From: Sulfuricurvum sp.
GTDB taxonomy: Bacteria; Campylobacterota; Campylobacteria; Campylobacterales; Sulfurimonadaceae
NCBI RefSeq assembly: GCF_028710345.1
Contig: NZ_JAQTUH010000009.1
Span: forward strand, 12,580-76,579
Direction of reading: 5' to 3'
Length of the DNA: 64,000 bases
Shown here: positions 10,444 to 19,808 of the stretch, in pieces
Position numbering within the stretch: position 1 is the first letter of the stretch
Layout of the letters: every line of letters starts with the position of its first letter
The notes under the pieces: model-generated
What the model saw: the letters and a program-made list of their open reading frames with translations, nothing else
What the model was told of the DNA's origin: nothing
The model's database searches: none
Made by a program: the position numbers and the translations under genes

Positions 10444-11613
10444 ATGACTAATATACCTTTGATGATAGTTGTAATTTCTGGAGTTGTTTTACTTGCTCCA
10501 TTTATTGCACAGACTTTCTGGGTGCCTTTGGCTGTCGTTGAAATTCTCCTAGGATGTGGTGTTGGTTACTCGGGTATTATAGAGGGTAATACTTATATGC
10601 CTATCATTGCTAAAACGGGCTTTTTGTTTCTGATGTTTCTTGCTGGTATGGAAGTCAATCTTAAAGCTTTCCTCACCATGCAATCATCATTATTTAAACG
10701 GGCAATCGGTTATTTCATTATCCTTTATTCTCTTTCAGCCTTAATCGTCTGGATCCTACATCTTTCTGTTGTTTATCTTGTAGCCTTTCCAATAGTTTCG
10801 CTAGGAATGATTATGGCTCTTGTTAAGGAACTAGGAAAAGAAGAAGAATGGCTGAAACTTGCTTTGATTATTGGAATTTTAGGTGAACTTATCAGCATTG
10901 CTGCATTGACACTACTAAGTGGTATCTTGGAATATGGGTTCACAGAAAACTTTTTCCGAGCAATAGGGACATTAATCCTTTTTTTGATTGGAACAATACT
11001 GATATTTCGAGGTGCGAAGATTTTATTTTGGTGGTACCCTAACCTCAAAAAAACGATTGTGCCTGAAAGTGACACTCGTGATAAGGATGTTCGTCTCTCG
11101 ATGGCTTTCTTCTTTACTATGGTCGGAATGATGATATATCTTGGTCTTGATATGGTGCTTGGGGCATTTATTGCTGGTATGTTCATTGCAAATTTCTTTG
11201 AATATAAAACAGAACTACCGCATAAGCTTTCATCATTAGGATTTGGATTCCTAATCCCGATATTCTTTATTTATGTTGGGTCAACCGTTAATTTAAAAGC
11301 ACTATTTTCCCCTTCTGTATTGCTTTTATCACTTCAAATCGTTGGGGTTATTGTTACACTTCGTGTAATAAGTTCTATGATCTATTTAAGTAGACTCAGA
11401 CTGAAAAATACACTTTTATTTGCACTTGGAGATTCGATGCCACTTACCTTTCTATTGGCCGTAGCAACTATTGGTAAAGATGCCAATGCAATTAGTTCAA
11501 CTGAGTATTATGCTTTAATTATTTCTGGTATGATAGCTTCTATATCCATGATGACAATTATTAAAACAGTTTCATACTTCAATGGATCTAAAACATCTAA
11601 TCATGAGTTTTGA
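10444..11613 (+). CDS. Cation:proton antiporter (CPA2 / Na+/H+ exchanger family)
   Basis: Hydrophobic 389 aa with GFLFLMFLAGMEV, LGAFIAG and FIPIFFIYVG motifs. Confidence 0.88.
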   Translation: MTNIPLMIVVISGVVLLAPFIAQTFWVPLAVVEILLGCGVGYSGIIEGNTYMPIIAKTGFLFLMFLAGMEVNLKAFLTMQSSLFKRAIGYFIILYSLSALIVWILHLSVVYLVAFPIVSLGMIMALVKELGKEEEWLKLALIIGILGELISIAALTLLSGILEYGFTENFFRAIGTLILFLIGTILIFRGAKILFWWYPNLKKTIVPESDTRDKDVRLSMAFFFTMVGMMIYLGLDMVLGAFIAGMFIANFFEYKTELPHKLSSLGFGFLIPIFFIYVGSTVNLKALFSPSVLLLSLQIVGVIVTLRVISSMIYLSRLRLKNTLLFALGDSMPLTFLLAVATIGKDANAISSTEYYALIISGMIASISMMTIIKTVSYFNGSKTSNHEF

Positions 11614-11795
11614 TAAAATTAACATAGGCGTAAAGTGCACGTATTCTATAATACTTCGATAAATTTAGAAGAGGTTTTATGACAACTTCTTCCAAATTTA
11701 GATACACAAAAGTTTAAGTGCTTGTATATACAATTATTTACTAAACACATGTAGAATATCTGCTATCTTTTTAATAAGCGATAGGAATTTTTGCC

Positions 11796-12212
11796 ATGAA
11801 TGGACATAATATCACACCTAAAAGATTTTTAGCTTCTGCGTTACTTACAACCGGACTGTTAGGGGGTATTCCGTTACTTGCTGATCAGATAGCTTTAACA
11901 GAAAACTTTCCAGCAGCACAGGAGCAGATATCACCACAAATTGATTCACATCTTTGTAATAAACAATTTCAATGCAGTAAAACAGGCCTTGTAATCCAGT
12001 TTTTACCAAATGATAAAGCACTCTTTATGCATCCTGTTACTTTTCAGACTCTTAATGCTGATTATACTGTCCATTTTAATCGTCATATTGCTATTAATGT
12101 TTATGAAAACCCATCTAAAAATTTCGATTTAATGATGAAAAATGTATTAATTCATCCAGAAGGTTTTGTTGCGAGTATTAATCGAGAAGATCGATACTTT
12201 CAAAATATCTAA
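11796..12212 (+). CDS. Secreted hypothetical protein, paralogue of 3719..4135
   Basis: AGGA RBS, signal-like N-terminus, same length; shares QFQCSKTG, ADY.VHFN, NPSK.FDLMM and RYFQ. Confidence 0.8.
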   Translation: MNGHNITPKRFLASALLTTGLLGGIPLLADQIALTENFPAAQEQISPQIDSHLCNKQFQCSKTGLVIQFLPNDKALFMHPVTFQTLNADYTVHFNRHIAINVYENPSKNFDLMMKNVLIHPEGFVASINREDRYFQNI

Positions 12213-12323
12213 AAACAACAGGGCTTTTTATAGAAAGCCGTACAATTGGCTATTTCTCAACAAAGAGGGTAAAAGTTCCATGGTTCTTAGAAATAGCTTA
12301 ATTTGTGTTTCTAGCACTCTCTT

Positions 12324-12671
12324 GTCGGGTAAGAACACCACTTCGCGGCGGCATCCTCCCCTAAGAACCGTGCGTGCGACTTTCACCGCACACGGCTCAA
12401 GCACCGATGACTAAGATGCAGTGAGGTTTCTAAGAGAAATATATCGTTTTAAGAAATACTCATCATAGTTCCGATCAAATGGATTGACTTCACTTCTTAT
12501 TTTCAAGTGTTCCTTTATAGGGATGCATGAAAGTCTAAAAATAAAGTTTTTCCCATCCGATAGAGTTTCAGTTGAGTATTCAGGATAGACTTTGAAATAC
12601 CGTTGGATGTATTTGGCAATATGTTTGCGTTGATGAAGTCGCTTTACCCAGTTCATTGATTTAAGCAACAC
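12324..12671 (-). mobile_element. Group II intron 3' remnant (IEP C-terminal fragment plus domains V and VI)
   Basis: Domain V GAGCCGTGTGCGGTGAAAGTCGCACGCACGGTTC (12398-12365), domain VI ending CTTACCCGAC at 12324, and ORF fragment NWVKRLH...IPIKEHLKIRSEVNPFD; no RT domain is present. Confidence 0.9.
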
Positions 12672-12909
12672 TAAACACCATAATAGTACTTACCCAAAGC
12701 AACGCTTTTGTATCCGTCTGATTACGAGAATTTTTCACAATAGCACTTGTTGCAGTTAGACACAATACCGCCAAATACCAGGCAAAAAGCTGATGTGATG
12801 CAGCAGCCGTTGCCGCAAGCATAATAGTGTCTATTGCTCCATTATGGATATTATTGATGACATGGAAACAACCAAACGTTTAATCCGCCCCAATCGTACA
12901 AATACCATT

Positions 12910-13473
12910 TCATAACAATGCTTCAGCCCATAAAGCGATACCGCCGACGGCAGCAACAATAGCAATCGAAAACAACCATTTTTTACGGGTCAATACCGTA
13001 ATCGATGCCAAAGAGATCGCGATTTGGATCAACGTCATCGATTGGGCTAAGTGATGATGAGGAACCATAGCGTGATCGCTCTCTTTATTGGCCTTCTCAG
13101 ATGCCGCTTCGAGTCCCTCGGCTTTATGTTTGATCTCTTTTTTTTCTTGTTCGTATTTTTCGAGCTGATTTTTATAGAACTCTTCTTTTCCCTTTGGGGC
13201 GATATCCGCCGCCAGTTCCATCAAGTGGCCTTTATTGCTTTTAGCCTGATAAAAGTTCCATTGATCCGACGCCTGTGTTTTTAAGAGTACCGCTTCATTT
13301 TTAAACATCATTGCTTCATTTTGAGTAGCGCCGCCTTGATAACTGACAACTGCCCCTATTGAAGCCAAGATAGCAGTAAATATAGCCACATACTGCCCCA
13401 ATCCCTTTTCTTCACCTGCATGCTCGACGGCATGATCATATGCACCGTGTTCGTGAAATTCATGTTCTGACAT
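12910..13473 (-). CDS. DUF4337-like membrane protein
   Basis: His/Glu-rich N-terminus, ASDQWNFYQAKS motif, TM segments at both ends. Confidence 0.75.
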   Translation of the reverse strand: MSEHEFHEHGAYDHAVEHAGEEKGLGQYVAIFTAILASIGAVVSYQGGATQNEAMMFKNEAVLLKTQASDQWNFYQAKSNKGHLMELAADIAPKGKEEFYKNQLEKYEQEKKEIKHKAEGLEAASEKANKESDHAMVPHHHLAQSMTLIQIAISLASITVLTRKKWLFSIAIVAAVGGIALWAEALL

Positions 13474-13540
13474 TTTAATTTTACTTGAATAATTATTTTA
13501 AATATAAGATCAAAACGATTTTATTTTAGTGTAATCAGAC

Positions 13541-14380
13541 TCACCATGTATCATCGCCAGAATCAGACATTGTGTCTGAAGAACTGTCATCCCATGAAGA
13601 GTCATCTTTCAATCCGAAATCATTACCACCCATATCATAAGAGGGTTCATTATTCGCGATCGGTGAATTATTGGAATTGTTAGCATTATTAGAAGAAGGT
13701 CCATCCATAAAATGATGCATCAATTCTTCTCCTGCTACAAAACCAACTCCGGCAGCAGCACCTGTTGCTAAACCGGACATGATTCCACCACCTAGACCAC
13801 TGCTTTGCTGAGGATAAGGCTGTCCGCCACCGAATCCCGGATTAGGACTATAAGGGTTATTCGGGTTTGGATAAGCACCGTTTCCTCCATTACCACCGCC
13901 ATTGTATTGTGCTGGATAATTTGTATTACGTGATGTAAATGAGCGTATAGCAAGCCAAATCAATAAAAGAGCACCAGCACCTAAAATGATCATCATCCAT
14001 GGAATAGGATGATTACTTGACTGGGCAGTTCCCATAGGGCTTGAATTCATTTGTACATTTGAAGAGATTGATAAATGCTGTTTTAAACTTTGAACGGATT
14101 GTGGTTTGGCAAACGGTAATCCTGGAGCTAGTTGTTCAGCTTTTGTAAACTCATTTTTGGCATTGGGCAGGTCGCCTTGTCGAACAAGTATCTCTGCATC
14201 AACATAATGCGCTTTTGCACTTTCAGGATGAACCTTCAAGACCTGTTCAACCATTTGGTGTGCACCGTTCAAATCCCCTGACTCTGCTGCTTGATAAACT
14301 TGATGGATTGTAGGAACGTTTTCAGCATATGCCAAAAATCCGCTCAAGAACAATGCTGTTATTATTTTAGAAAAAGACAT
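13541..14380 (-). CDS. Secreted TPR-repeat protein with TM segment and Gly/Pro-rich tail
   Basis: Signal peptide, HPESAKAHYVDAEIL TPR-like repeat, GLATGAAAGVGFVAGE motif. Confidence 0.75.
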   Translation of the reverse strand: MSFSKIITALFLSGFLAYAENVPTIHQVYQAAESGDLNGAHQMVEQVLKVHPESAKAHYVDAEILVRQGDLPNAKNEFTKAEQLAPGLPFAKPQSVQSLKQHLSISSNVQMNSSPMGTAQSSNHPIPWMMIILGAGALLLIWLAIRSFTSRNTNYPAQYNGGGNGGNGAYPNPNNPYSPNPGFGGGQPYPQQSSGLGGGIMSGLATGAAAGVGFVAGEELMHHFMDGPSSNNANNSNNSPIANNEPSYDMGGNDFGLKDDSSWDDSSSDTMSDSGDDTW

Positions 14381-14635
14381 CTATTTCCTTTGTGTGTTTA
14401 TACTTGTAGTTGAAGTGCTATATTAGACAGCAAGGTTAAATGAATCTTAAACGTAGTCGTATGAAGTGTAAAAGTCAGCATAATTTACGTAATATAGGTA
14501 GGCTTGCTTGTCTGTTAAATCTTTTTGAAGAATAAGAAATCAAACTCAATAATTTAAATATTCCAAGAAATCTTAATCTCCATCGATATCAGAAATAGAA
14601 TCAATGCAAATATTAATTAATTTCGCCTCATCGCT

Positions 14636-14707
14636 GAATCACTTACAGGACTAGGATTAGTCATCCTCGGTACACCGCTTTATCTCTATTTTAGAGCACG
14701 AAGTTAA
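14636..14707 (+). pseudogene. Isolated inverted copy of the last 24 codons of the APC permease gene
   Basis: 66/72 nt identical to the reverse complement of 8758-8829 (ESLTGLGLVILGTPLYLYFRARS* versus ...GAPLYLYFRTRS*). Confidence 0.85.
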
Positions 14708-14797
14708 ACTTTCTTAATACAAAGTTTATCTGATTTAGCTAATACTAAGACCTGAGACCATTGGGAATGTAGTGATCATAGCTTTCAGTGAGAAAGG

Positions 14798-15580
14798 TTA
14801 ATCAATCGTCTCTTCTTTATCCTCTTCGATATAGGCTTCCTCTTTCGGAGCAGGGTTAACAAATCGGACAATGATAATTGAAACTCCATAAAGGATGATT
14901 AATGGAACTGCCATCAGACACTGAGTTAATACATCGGGAGGTGTCAAGATTGCTGCAATAATGAAAATCAAAACAATCGCATAACGAAAAAAGCTGATCA
15001 TCATCTTATCGTCGATCAGCCCTAGTAATGCTAAAAAGTAGCAAAATACAGGAAGTTCAAACGCGAGTCCAAATCCCAACATTATCTTAGTGAAAAAACC
15101 GACATAATCTTCGACATTGATCATTGGAACAAATGAAGCACTTCCGAATCCGATCAGGTATTGGAATCCAAATGGAGTGACAACATAGTAGGCGAATGCC
15201 CCGCCGATCAAAAACATAACAGTACCGCCGAAGACGATAGGAATCATCATTTTCTTCTCATTGGTATAAAGTCCAGGTGCGATAAAAAGCCAAATTTGAG
15301 AAAGAATAATCGGTAATGAACCTAAAAGAGCGGCAAAAAAAGAGACTTTCATTGCGACGAAAAAGGTCCCGCCGATTTGATTGGTTGTTGCCATCCCTTT
15401 CGCGGCATTAGGTGAGGTTTTTGCTACAAGAGACAGTGCATCGTTAAGGGGCTGGCTGATCCAATGCAAGATTGGCTCATAATAGTTAAAGGCAATGAAA
15501 AACATGATAATTACAGAGGCAACACTGATGGCAAGTCGTTTTCTCAGCTCAAATAAATGGGGACGTAAATCATCAAACAT
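14798..15580 (-). CDS. tatC: Twin-arginine translocase subunit TatC
   Basis: HLFELRKRL, FIAPGLY, FELPV and AAILTPPD motifs. Confidence 0.95.
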   Translation of the reverse strand: MFDDLRPHLFELRKRLAISVASVIIMFFIAFNYYEPILHWISQPLNDALSLVAKTSPNAAKGMATTNQIGGTFFVAMKVSFFAALLGSLPIILSQIWLFIAPGLYTNEKKMMIPIVFGGTVMFLIGGAFAYYVVTPFGFQYLIGFGSASFVPMINVEDYVGFFTKIMLGFGLAFELPVFCYFLALLGLIDDKMMISFFRYAIVLIFIIAAILTPPDVLTQCLMAVPLIILYGVSIIIVRFVNPAPKEEAYIEEDKEETID

Positions 15581-15984
15581 TAGACATTCTCTTCACTAGG
15601 TTTAGTTTCGACTGCTTTAACCTCTTTGGGTTTAGGAGCAAAGGTGACTACTTCTGGCTCTTTAGGGGCTGATGGTGCGATGATACTAAAATCGAGCTCA
15701 CTTTTAATGCCGGTCAGTTCGGAACCGATTTCGGTGACATTGGTCATCCGTTCTAATTCGGAACTTGCACTCGTTAGTTCATTTTTATAATTGAGTACAT
15801 CTTCTTTTATCTCAGAGAGTTTCATCTCTTCAGCAATAGTTGCTTTGGCCGTATTGACTGTACTTTTGACACTTTTGAAAAATTTAGCGATTTGTACCAT
15901 CGTTTCGGGCAGTTTCTCCGGTCCTAAAAATAAGACTGCAATAATAGCGATAACTAAAATTTCACCTAAATCTAGTCCAAACAT
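15580..15984 (-). CDS. tatB: Twin-arginine translocase subunit TatB
   Basis: MFGLDLGEILVIAIIAVLFLGPEKLP N-terminus; TAATG overlap with tatC. Confidence 0.92.
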   Translation of the reverse strand: MFGLDLGEILVIAIIAVLFLGPEKLPETMVQIAKFFKSVKSTVNTAKATIAEEMKLSEIKEDVLNYKNELTSASSELERMTNVTEIGSELTGIKSELDFSIIAPSAPKEPEVVTFAPKPKEVKAVETKPSEENV

Positions 15985-16318
15985 TATTGTTACCTACTAT
16001 CCCTTGAATGTATAAGTATTTTAGCAAAATAAAGTTTATTTCCTTCAGTTAGCGAGGTAGTTACTGCTGATGGTATGATTTTTTTTCAGCTTAACCGTGT
16101 GTTGCACTTACTGCTTGAATTGGCGCTCTAAAAGACTCTCTTTCTAAACAAGAACTTCTAGACGAAGCTGAATTTTTTGGAATAAATTATTATGAAATAG
16201 GACATGTGGAGTACTATGAAATAAAAAAAATATCTTCTGATTTCAGAAAATTTATTATAAACCTTATGAAATAAAGATAGAGGGGTCACGTGATACCTAT
16301 AACCTATCAATTACTTTT

Positions 16319-16546
16319 TTAAAGCTTATCTTCTTCTACAGGTTTCACATCAGGGGCATTTTTGAGGATTGAAAGCGCATGAGCGCGTGAGCTGCGATTT
16401 GCTCGTTCTTGCAAATATTCTTCCGTTCGAAGCGAAGCGATCTTTTCACTCAATGCCGAAATAATAAACTGATTGATGGATACATCTCCTTTTAACGCTT
16501 CAATCTCCTGTCGGTAATAATCAGGAATCCGTAATGCGAAATTCAT
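16319..16546 (-). CDS. RHH-type antitoxin
   Basis: FALRIP...VSINQFIISALSEK ribbon-helix-helix; ATGA overlap with the PIN gene. Confidence 0.75.
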   Translation of the reverse strand: MNFALRIPDYYRQEIEALKGDVSINQFIISALSEKIASLRTEEYLQERANRSSRAHALSILKNAPDVKPVEEDKL

Positions 16547-16977
16547 TGTACACCTCCTAATAAGGAATAAAATTCTTTGGGAGTCATCACCCGAATGCCG
16601 AAATAGTGTTCGACACCCTTGAAATCTTTGAGATTATAGGTAACGATAATCTCCGCCCCGGCATTAAATGCCGTCTCCAATACCATATCGTCTTGCGGAT
16701 CATGTAAAAACGGTCGCCATAGAAAGTTGATTTTCTGATGATGTGATATTAGACACAAATCATCAATAAACATTTCAATCGTTCCATCTTCTAAATCGCC
16801 ACAACACACTCGGTTCTCGTCACGTTTCAATACCGCTTCCATCTCCAAAACCAGAGGATTGGAAACAACATTGATTTTTTCATCCATTTCAAAGAGCTTG
16901 ATGAGCAAAGCGTTCGAAATACCGTTTCGACTCATTAGTGCAGCTATGATTACATTGGTATCCAAAACAATTTTCAT
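16543..16977 (-). CDS. PIN-domain toxin (PIN_3-like)
   Basis: IVLDTNV, DPQDDMVLETA and IVTYNLKDF motifs. Confidence 0.9.
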   Translation of the reverse strand: MKIVLDTNVIIAALMSRNGISNALLIKLFEMDEKINVVSNPLVLEMEAVLKRDENRVCCGDLEDGTIEMFIDDLCLISHHQKINFLWRPFLHDPQDDMVLETAFNAGAEIIVTYNLKDFKGVEHYFGIRVMTPKEFYSLLGGVQ

Positions 16978-16983
16978 AGTGAT

Positions 16984-17011
16984 ATTATATATGATATCAA
17001 GTTAATGTCAA
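16984..17011 (-). promoter_or_regulatory. Consensus sigma70 promoter, probably leaderless, for the PIN TA operon
   Basis: TTGACA-16-TATAAT followed by 6 nt and the ATG; no RBS. Confidence 0.6.
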
Positions 17012-17022
17012 GTAGTTTCGTT

Positions 17023-17829
17023 TCAAATAACCGAAAAAAGCATTTTAATGCTCAATGCTACCGCCAAAAGCCCAAAAACTTTTTTAAGCTTATCAGTCGA
17101 AAGCGCTGTAGCGTATTTAACCCCAAGGGGAGCCGTAAATGCACTGCTTATCGAAACCAGTATCACAGCAGGGAGATAAATATATCCGAACGTGTACTGA
17201 TCCCCGTCGGTATGGTTCCATCCGTTGATCAAATACCCAAGTGTCCCCGAAATCGCGATGGGAAACCCTATCGCAGCCGATGTTCCGATGGCGCGTTTGA
17301 TATCGAAATTTTGGTGCATCAGATACGGTACGCTAAGCGATCCGCCTCCGATAGAGACCAGTGCCGAAATCGCTCCGATAAACGTACCGCTGGCGATGTT
17401 CCCGACTATATTATGCGGATTTACATTATGATAATAGTGCGTTTTTTTGAACATCTTGTAGGCGACGTAACTCATAAATGCGCTGAAAAAGAGGGCGAGA
17501 TATAGCCCTTTGAGATACGATGCCACAAACGTTGCGGCAAACGTCCCCGCCAAAACACCGATTGCAATCCGAAGAGCCATCGGCACCTCGATGTTATCCT
17601 TTTTATAGTGCGCTCTCATGCTCGAAAATGAGGTGAATATGATTGTCGCCATTGACGTCCCCAATGCCATGTGCATGATCCCCTCACTCTCAAATCCCTG
17701 CATCGCAAACAACATCGCAAATATCGGCACCATGATACCGCCTCCGCCGACCCCCAACAATCCCGCCATAAATCCGACCAATAAACCTAAAGCGATGTAG
17801 TCAATAATAAAGATAGTTTCCATATTCAC
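17023..17829 (-). CDS. TauE/SafE (TSUP) family exporter
   Basis: GLLGVGGGGIMVP, ALGTS, GGGSLSVP and AIGTSAA motifs. Confidence 0.9.
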   Translation of the reverse strand: MNMETIFIIDYIALGLLVGFMAGLLGVGGGGIMVPIFAMLFAMQGFESEGIMHMALGTSMATIIFTSFSSMRAHYKKDNIEVPMALRIAIGVLAGTFAATFVASYLKGLYLALFFSAFMSYVAYKMFKKTHYYHNVNPHNIVGNIASGTFIGAISALVSIGGGSLSVPYLMHQNFDIKRAIGTSAAIGFPIAISGTLGYLINGWNHTDGDQYTFGYIYLPAVILVSISSAFTAPLGVKYATALSTDKLKKVFGLLAVALSIKMLFSVI

Positions 17830-18593
17830 TCTTTCACCGCTTCAACTTCCAAGCGCATCATACTCACATGTACTCTGCCTAGCCCGTCTAAAGGAAACAT
17901 CTCCAGATATGCTCTCATCCACTCCTCTACAAAAATAGATTGCTCCGATTCAGGTATGCACTGGATATAAGGAAACCATGTAGTTTCCAACCATCCTCGA
18001 AACGCATCAATAGAATCATGCATCATATCTTTGGCAATCAACTCGGTGCGGTATCGAGAAAATCCGGCTTGACTTAGCATACAATCGTATTGGCTGTCTG
18101 AACAAAACGTATACGGTGATTCAAATCCCCAAAAATAGGTTGTATAGTTTTGCTTTACTTTTTCCAAAGCGATAAAAACACCTACGACATTACCGTAACC
18201 GCCCATTTGCAAGATAGCCTTTCCTCCTGATTTTAGAGCCTTATAAATTCCCTGAACTACCGCGTCATGATCGTGTGCCCAATGAAGCGCGGCATTGGAA
18301 AATACAACATCGAACCTATCCTCGAAAAGGATATTTTGTGCATCCATCTGCTGAAAATCCGGTCGTTTGAATTGCTTTTTTGCAAAAGCGATCATATCGG
18401 GATTCAAATCGATTCCAACAACTTTGCCGCTCGTTAATGTGCTCAAATAATCGGTAATTTTCCCATCGCCGCAGCCGACATCCAAAATCGATTCATCACC
18501 TCTCAAACCGATCTTTTCGATCAACTCTTTTGCCCATACCGCCTGCCCTTTAGAATGCGCCGTATACGCATCCGGTTTCCATGTCGGATTCAT
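17826..18593 (-). CDS. Class I SAM methyltransferase, trans-aconitate methyltransferase-like
   Basis: ILDVGCGDG and FDVVFSNAALHW motifs; ATGA overlaps with both neighbours. Confidence 0.85.
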   Translation of the reverse strand: MNPTWKPDAYTAHSKGQAVWAKELIEKIGLRGDESILDVGCGDGKITDYLSTLTSGKVVGIDLNPDMIAFAKKQFKRPDFQQMDAQNILFEDRFDVVFSNAALHWAHDHDAVVQGIYKALKSGGKAILQMGGYGNVVGVFIALEKVKQNYTTYFWGFESPYTFCSDSQYDCMLSQAGFSRYRTELIAKDMMHDSIDAFRGWLETTWFPYIQCIPESEQSIFVEEWMRAYLEMFPLDGLGRVHVSMMRLEVEAVKE

Positions 18594-19705
18594 CTGTTCT
18601 CCTTTACAACCCTTATCATCCCCTCATAAATCCCTAATATCTCCTCACTGCCAATCTCGCCACCGCGTGATTCGGATAACCGCTTCACCTCGTCTGCTAT
18701 CACCGTCTGCATCTCTTTGGGAACGTCGATACCGTAGACCTCTTTGAGGATATAGGCGACTCCCCCTTTACCCGATTGGGAGTTGATACGGATAGAGTCT
18801 TTATACTCTCTGCCGATGTCACGCGGGTCGATTCCCTGAGCATAATAGTTGAATGCCAACGTGATAATATCGACATTCCCTGCACGCTCACCGTTGCCGA
18901 GCATCGTCCCCTCGACTCTCTGCGCTCCTGCCAATACCGCCAATTCTGCACTTGCGACGGCACACCCTCGGTCATTGTGCGGATGAACGCTAATGATGAC
19001 GCTTTCTCGGTTGATTATATGCTTGCTCATCCACTCGATATGATCGGCGTAGATGTTCGGCGAACACGCTTCCAAGGTATTAGGCAAATTCAAGATCATC
19101 CGATGTTCCCGCGTCGGCTGCCATGCTGCGATCACGGCATTGGAGATATCACGAGCAAAATCCAACTCGGTCTGCGAAAAGCTCTCCGGTGAATACTCGA
19201 ACACCACATCTCCCTCAAACGTTCCTGCTTCACGTTTGATACACTCAACGCCTTGCAATGCCAAAGCAATGATCTCCTCTTTTGTTCGTCTAAAAACCAC
19301 GTCACGCTGATTAGACGCGGTCGGGTTATAAAGGTGCATGTTAATCCGCTTCGCCCCGCGCAATGCCTCGAAACTGCGGACGATATGACGCTCTATCGAG
19401 GGGACGAGGATGCCGATCGTCACATTATCAGGGACCAAGCCTCCCTCAATAAGGCAGCGGCAGAAATCAAATTCCGTCTGCGACGCGCTCGGATAGGCAA
19501 TCTCGATCTCTTTGAAACCAAACTCGACCAACGCTTTGAAATACGCGATTTTTTGTTCAATCCCCATCGGGTTGGCCAATGCTTGATTACCGTCTCGTAA
19601 ATCGGTACTAACCCATCGCGGGGCAACGGTGAAGGACTTATCCGCCCACTCTCGTTTATCCAATTTTACCGTTGGATACGGCGTGTATTTTGTATGCGTG
19701 TGCAT
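18590..19705 (-). CDS. leuA: 2-isopropylmalate synthase-like (LeuA2 type), short form with an internal in-frame deletion
   Basis: STDLRDGNQAL, FKEIE, SVHPHNDRG, GNGERAGNVD and RINSQSGKGG motifs. It lacks the C-terminal regulatory domain and the segment normally between GIDP and PIDP. Start at 19705 (AAGGA RBS). Confidence 0.85.
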   Translation of the reverse strand: MHTHTKYTPYPTVKLDKREWADKSFTVAPRWVSTDLRDGNQALANPMGIEQKIAYFKALVEFGFKEIEIAYPSASQTEFDFCRCLIEGGLVPDNVTIGILVPSIERHIVRSFEALRGAKRINMHLYNPTASNQRDVVFRRTKEEIIALALQGVECIKREAGTFEGDVVFEYSPESFSQTELDFARDISNAVIAAWQPTREHRMILNLPNTLEACSPNIYADHIEWMSKHIINRESVIISVHPHNDRGCAVASAELAVLAGAQRVEGTMLGNGERAGNVDIITLAFNYYAQGIDPRDIGREYKDSIRINSQSGKGGVAYILKEVYGIDVPKEMQTVIADEVKRLSESRGGEIGSEEILGIYEGMIRVVKENR

Positions 19706-19730
19706 AGGTATATCCTTATATGTGACAATG

Positions 19731-19769
19731 AAAAAAGCCAAAACATGGACGCACTGCGCCCGATGTGGC
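19731..19769 (-). terminator. Attenuator-type intrinsic terminator upstream of leuA
   Basis: GCCACATCGGGCGCAGTGCGTCCATGTTTTGGC hairpin followed by TTTTTT on the minus strand. Confidence 0.65.
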
Positions 19770-19808
19770 AAAACTAAGAATTAAAAAAAGAAACGGAAAA
19801 AAGAAAAA

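Noticed and set aside
3719-12212. Tat signal in the 138-aa paralogues (KRFL), given the nearby tatBC
   Set aside because: No twin arginine at the RRxFL positions; more likely Sec signals.
16090-16290. Protein-like frame KDSLSKQELLDEAEFFG...NLMK upstream of tatB
   Set aside because: No start or RBS and no recognisable family; at best an unidentifiable remnant.
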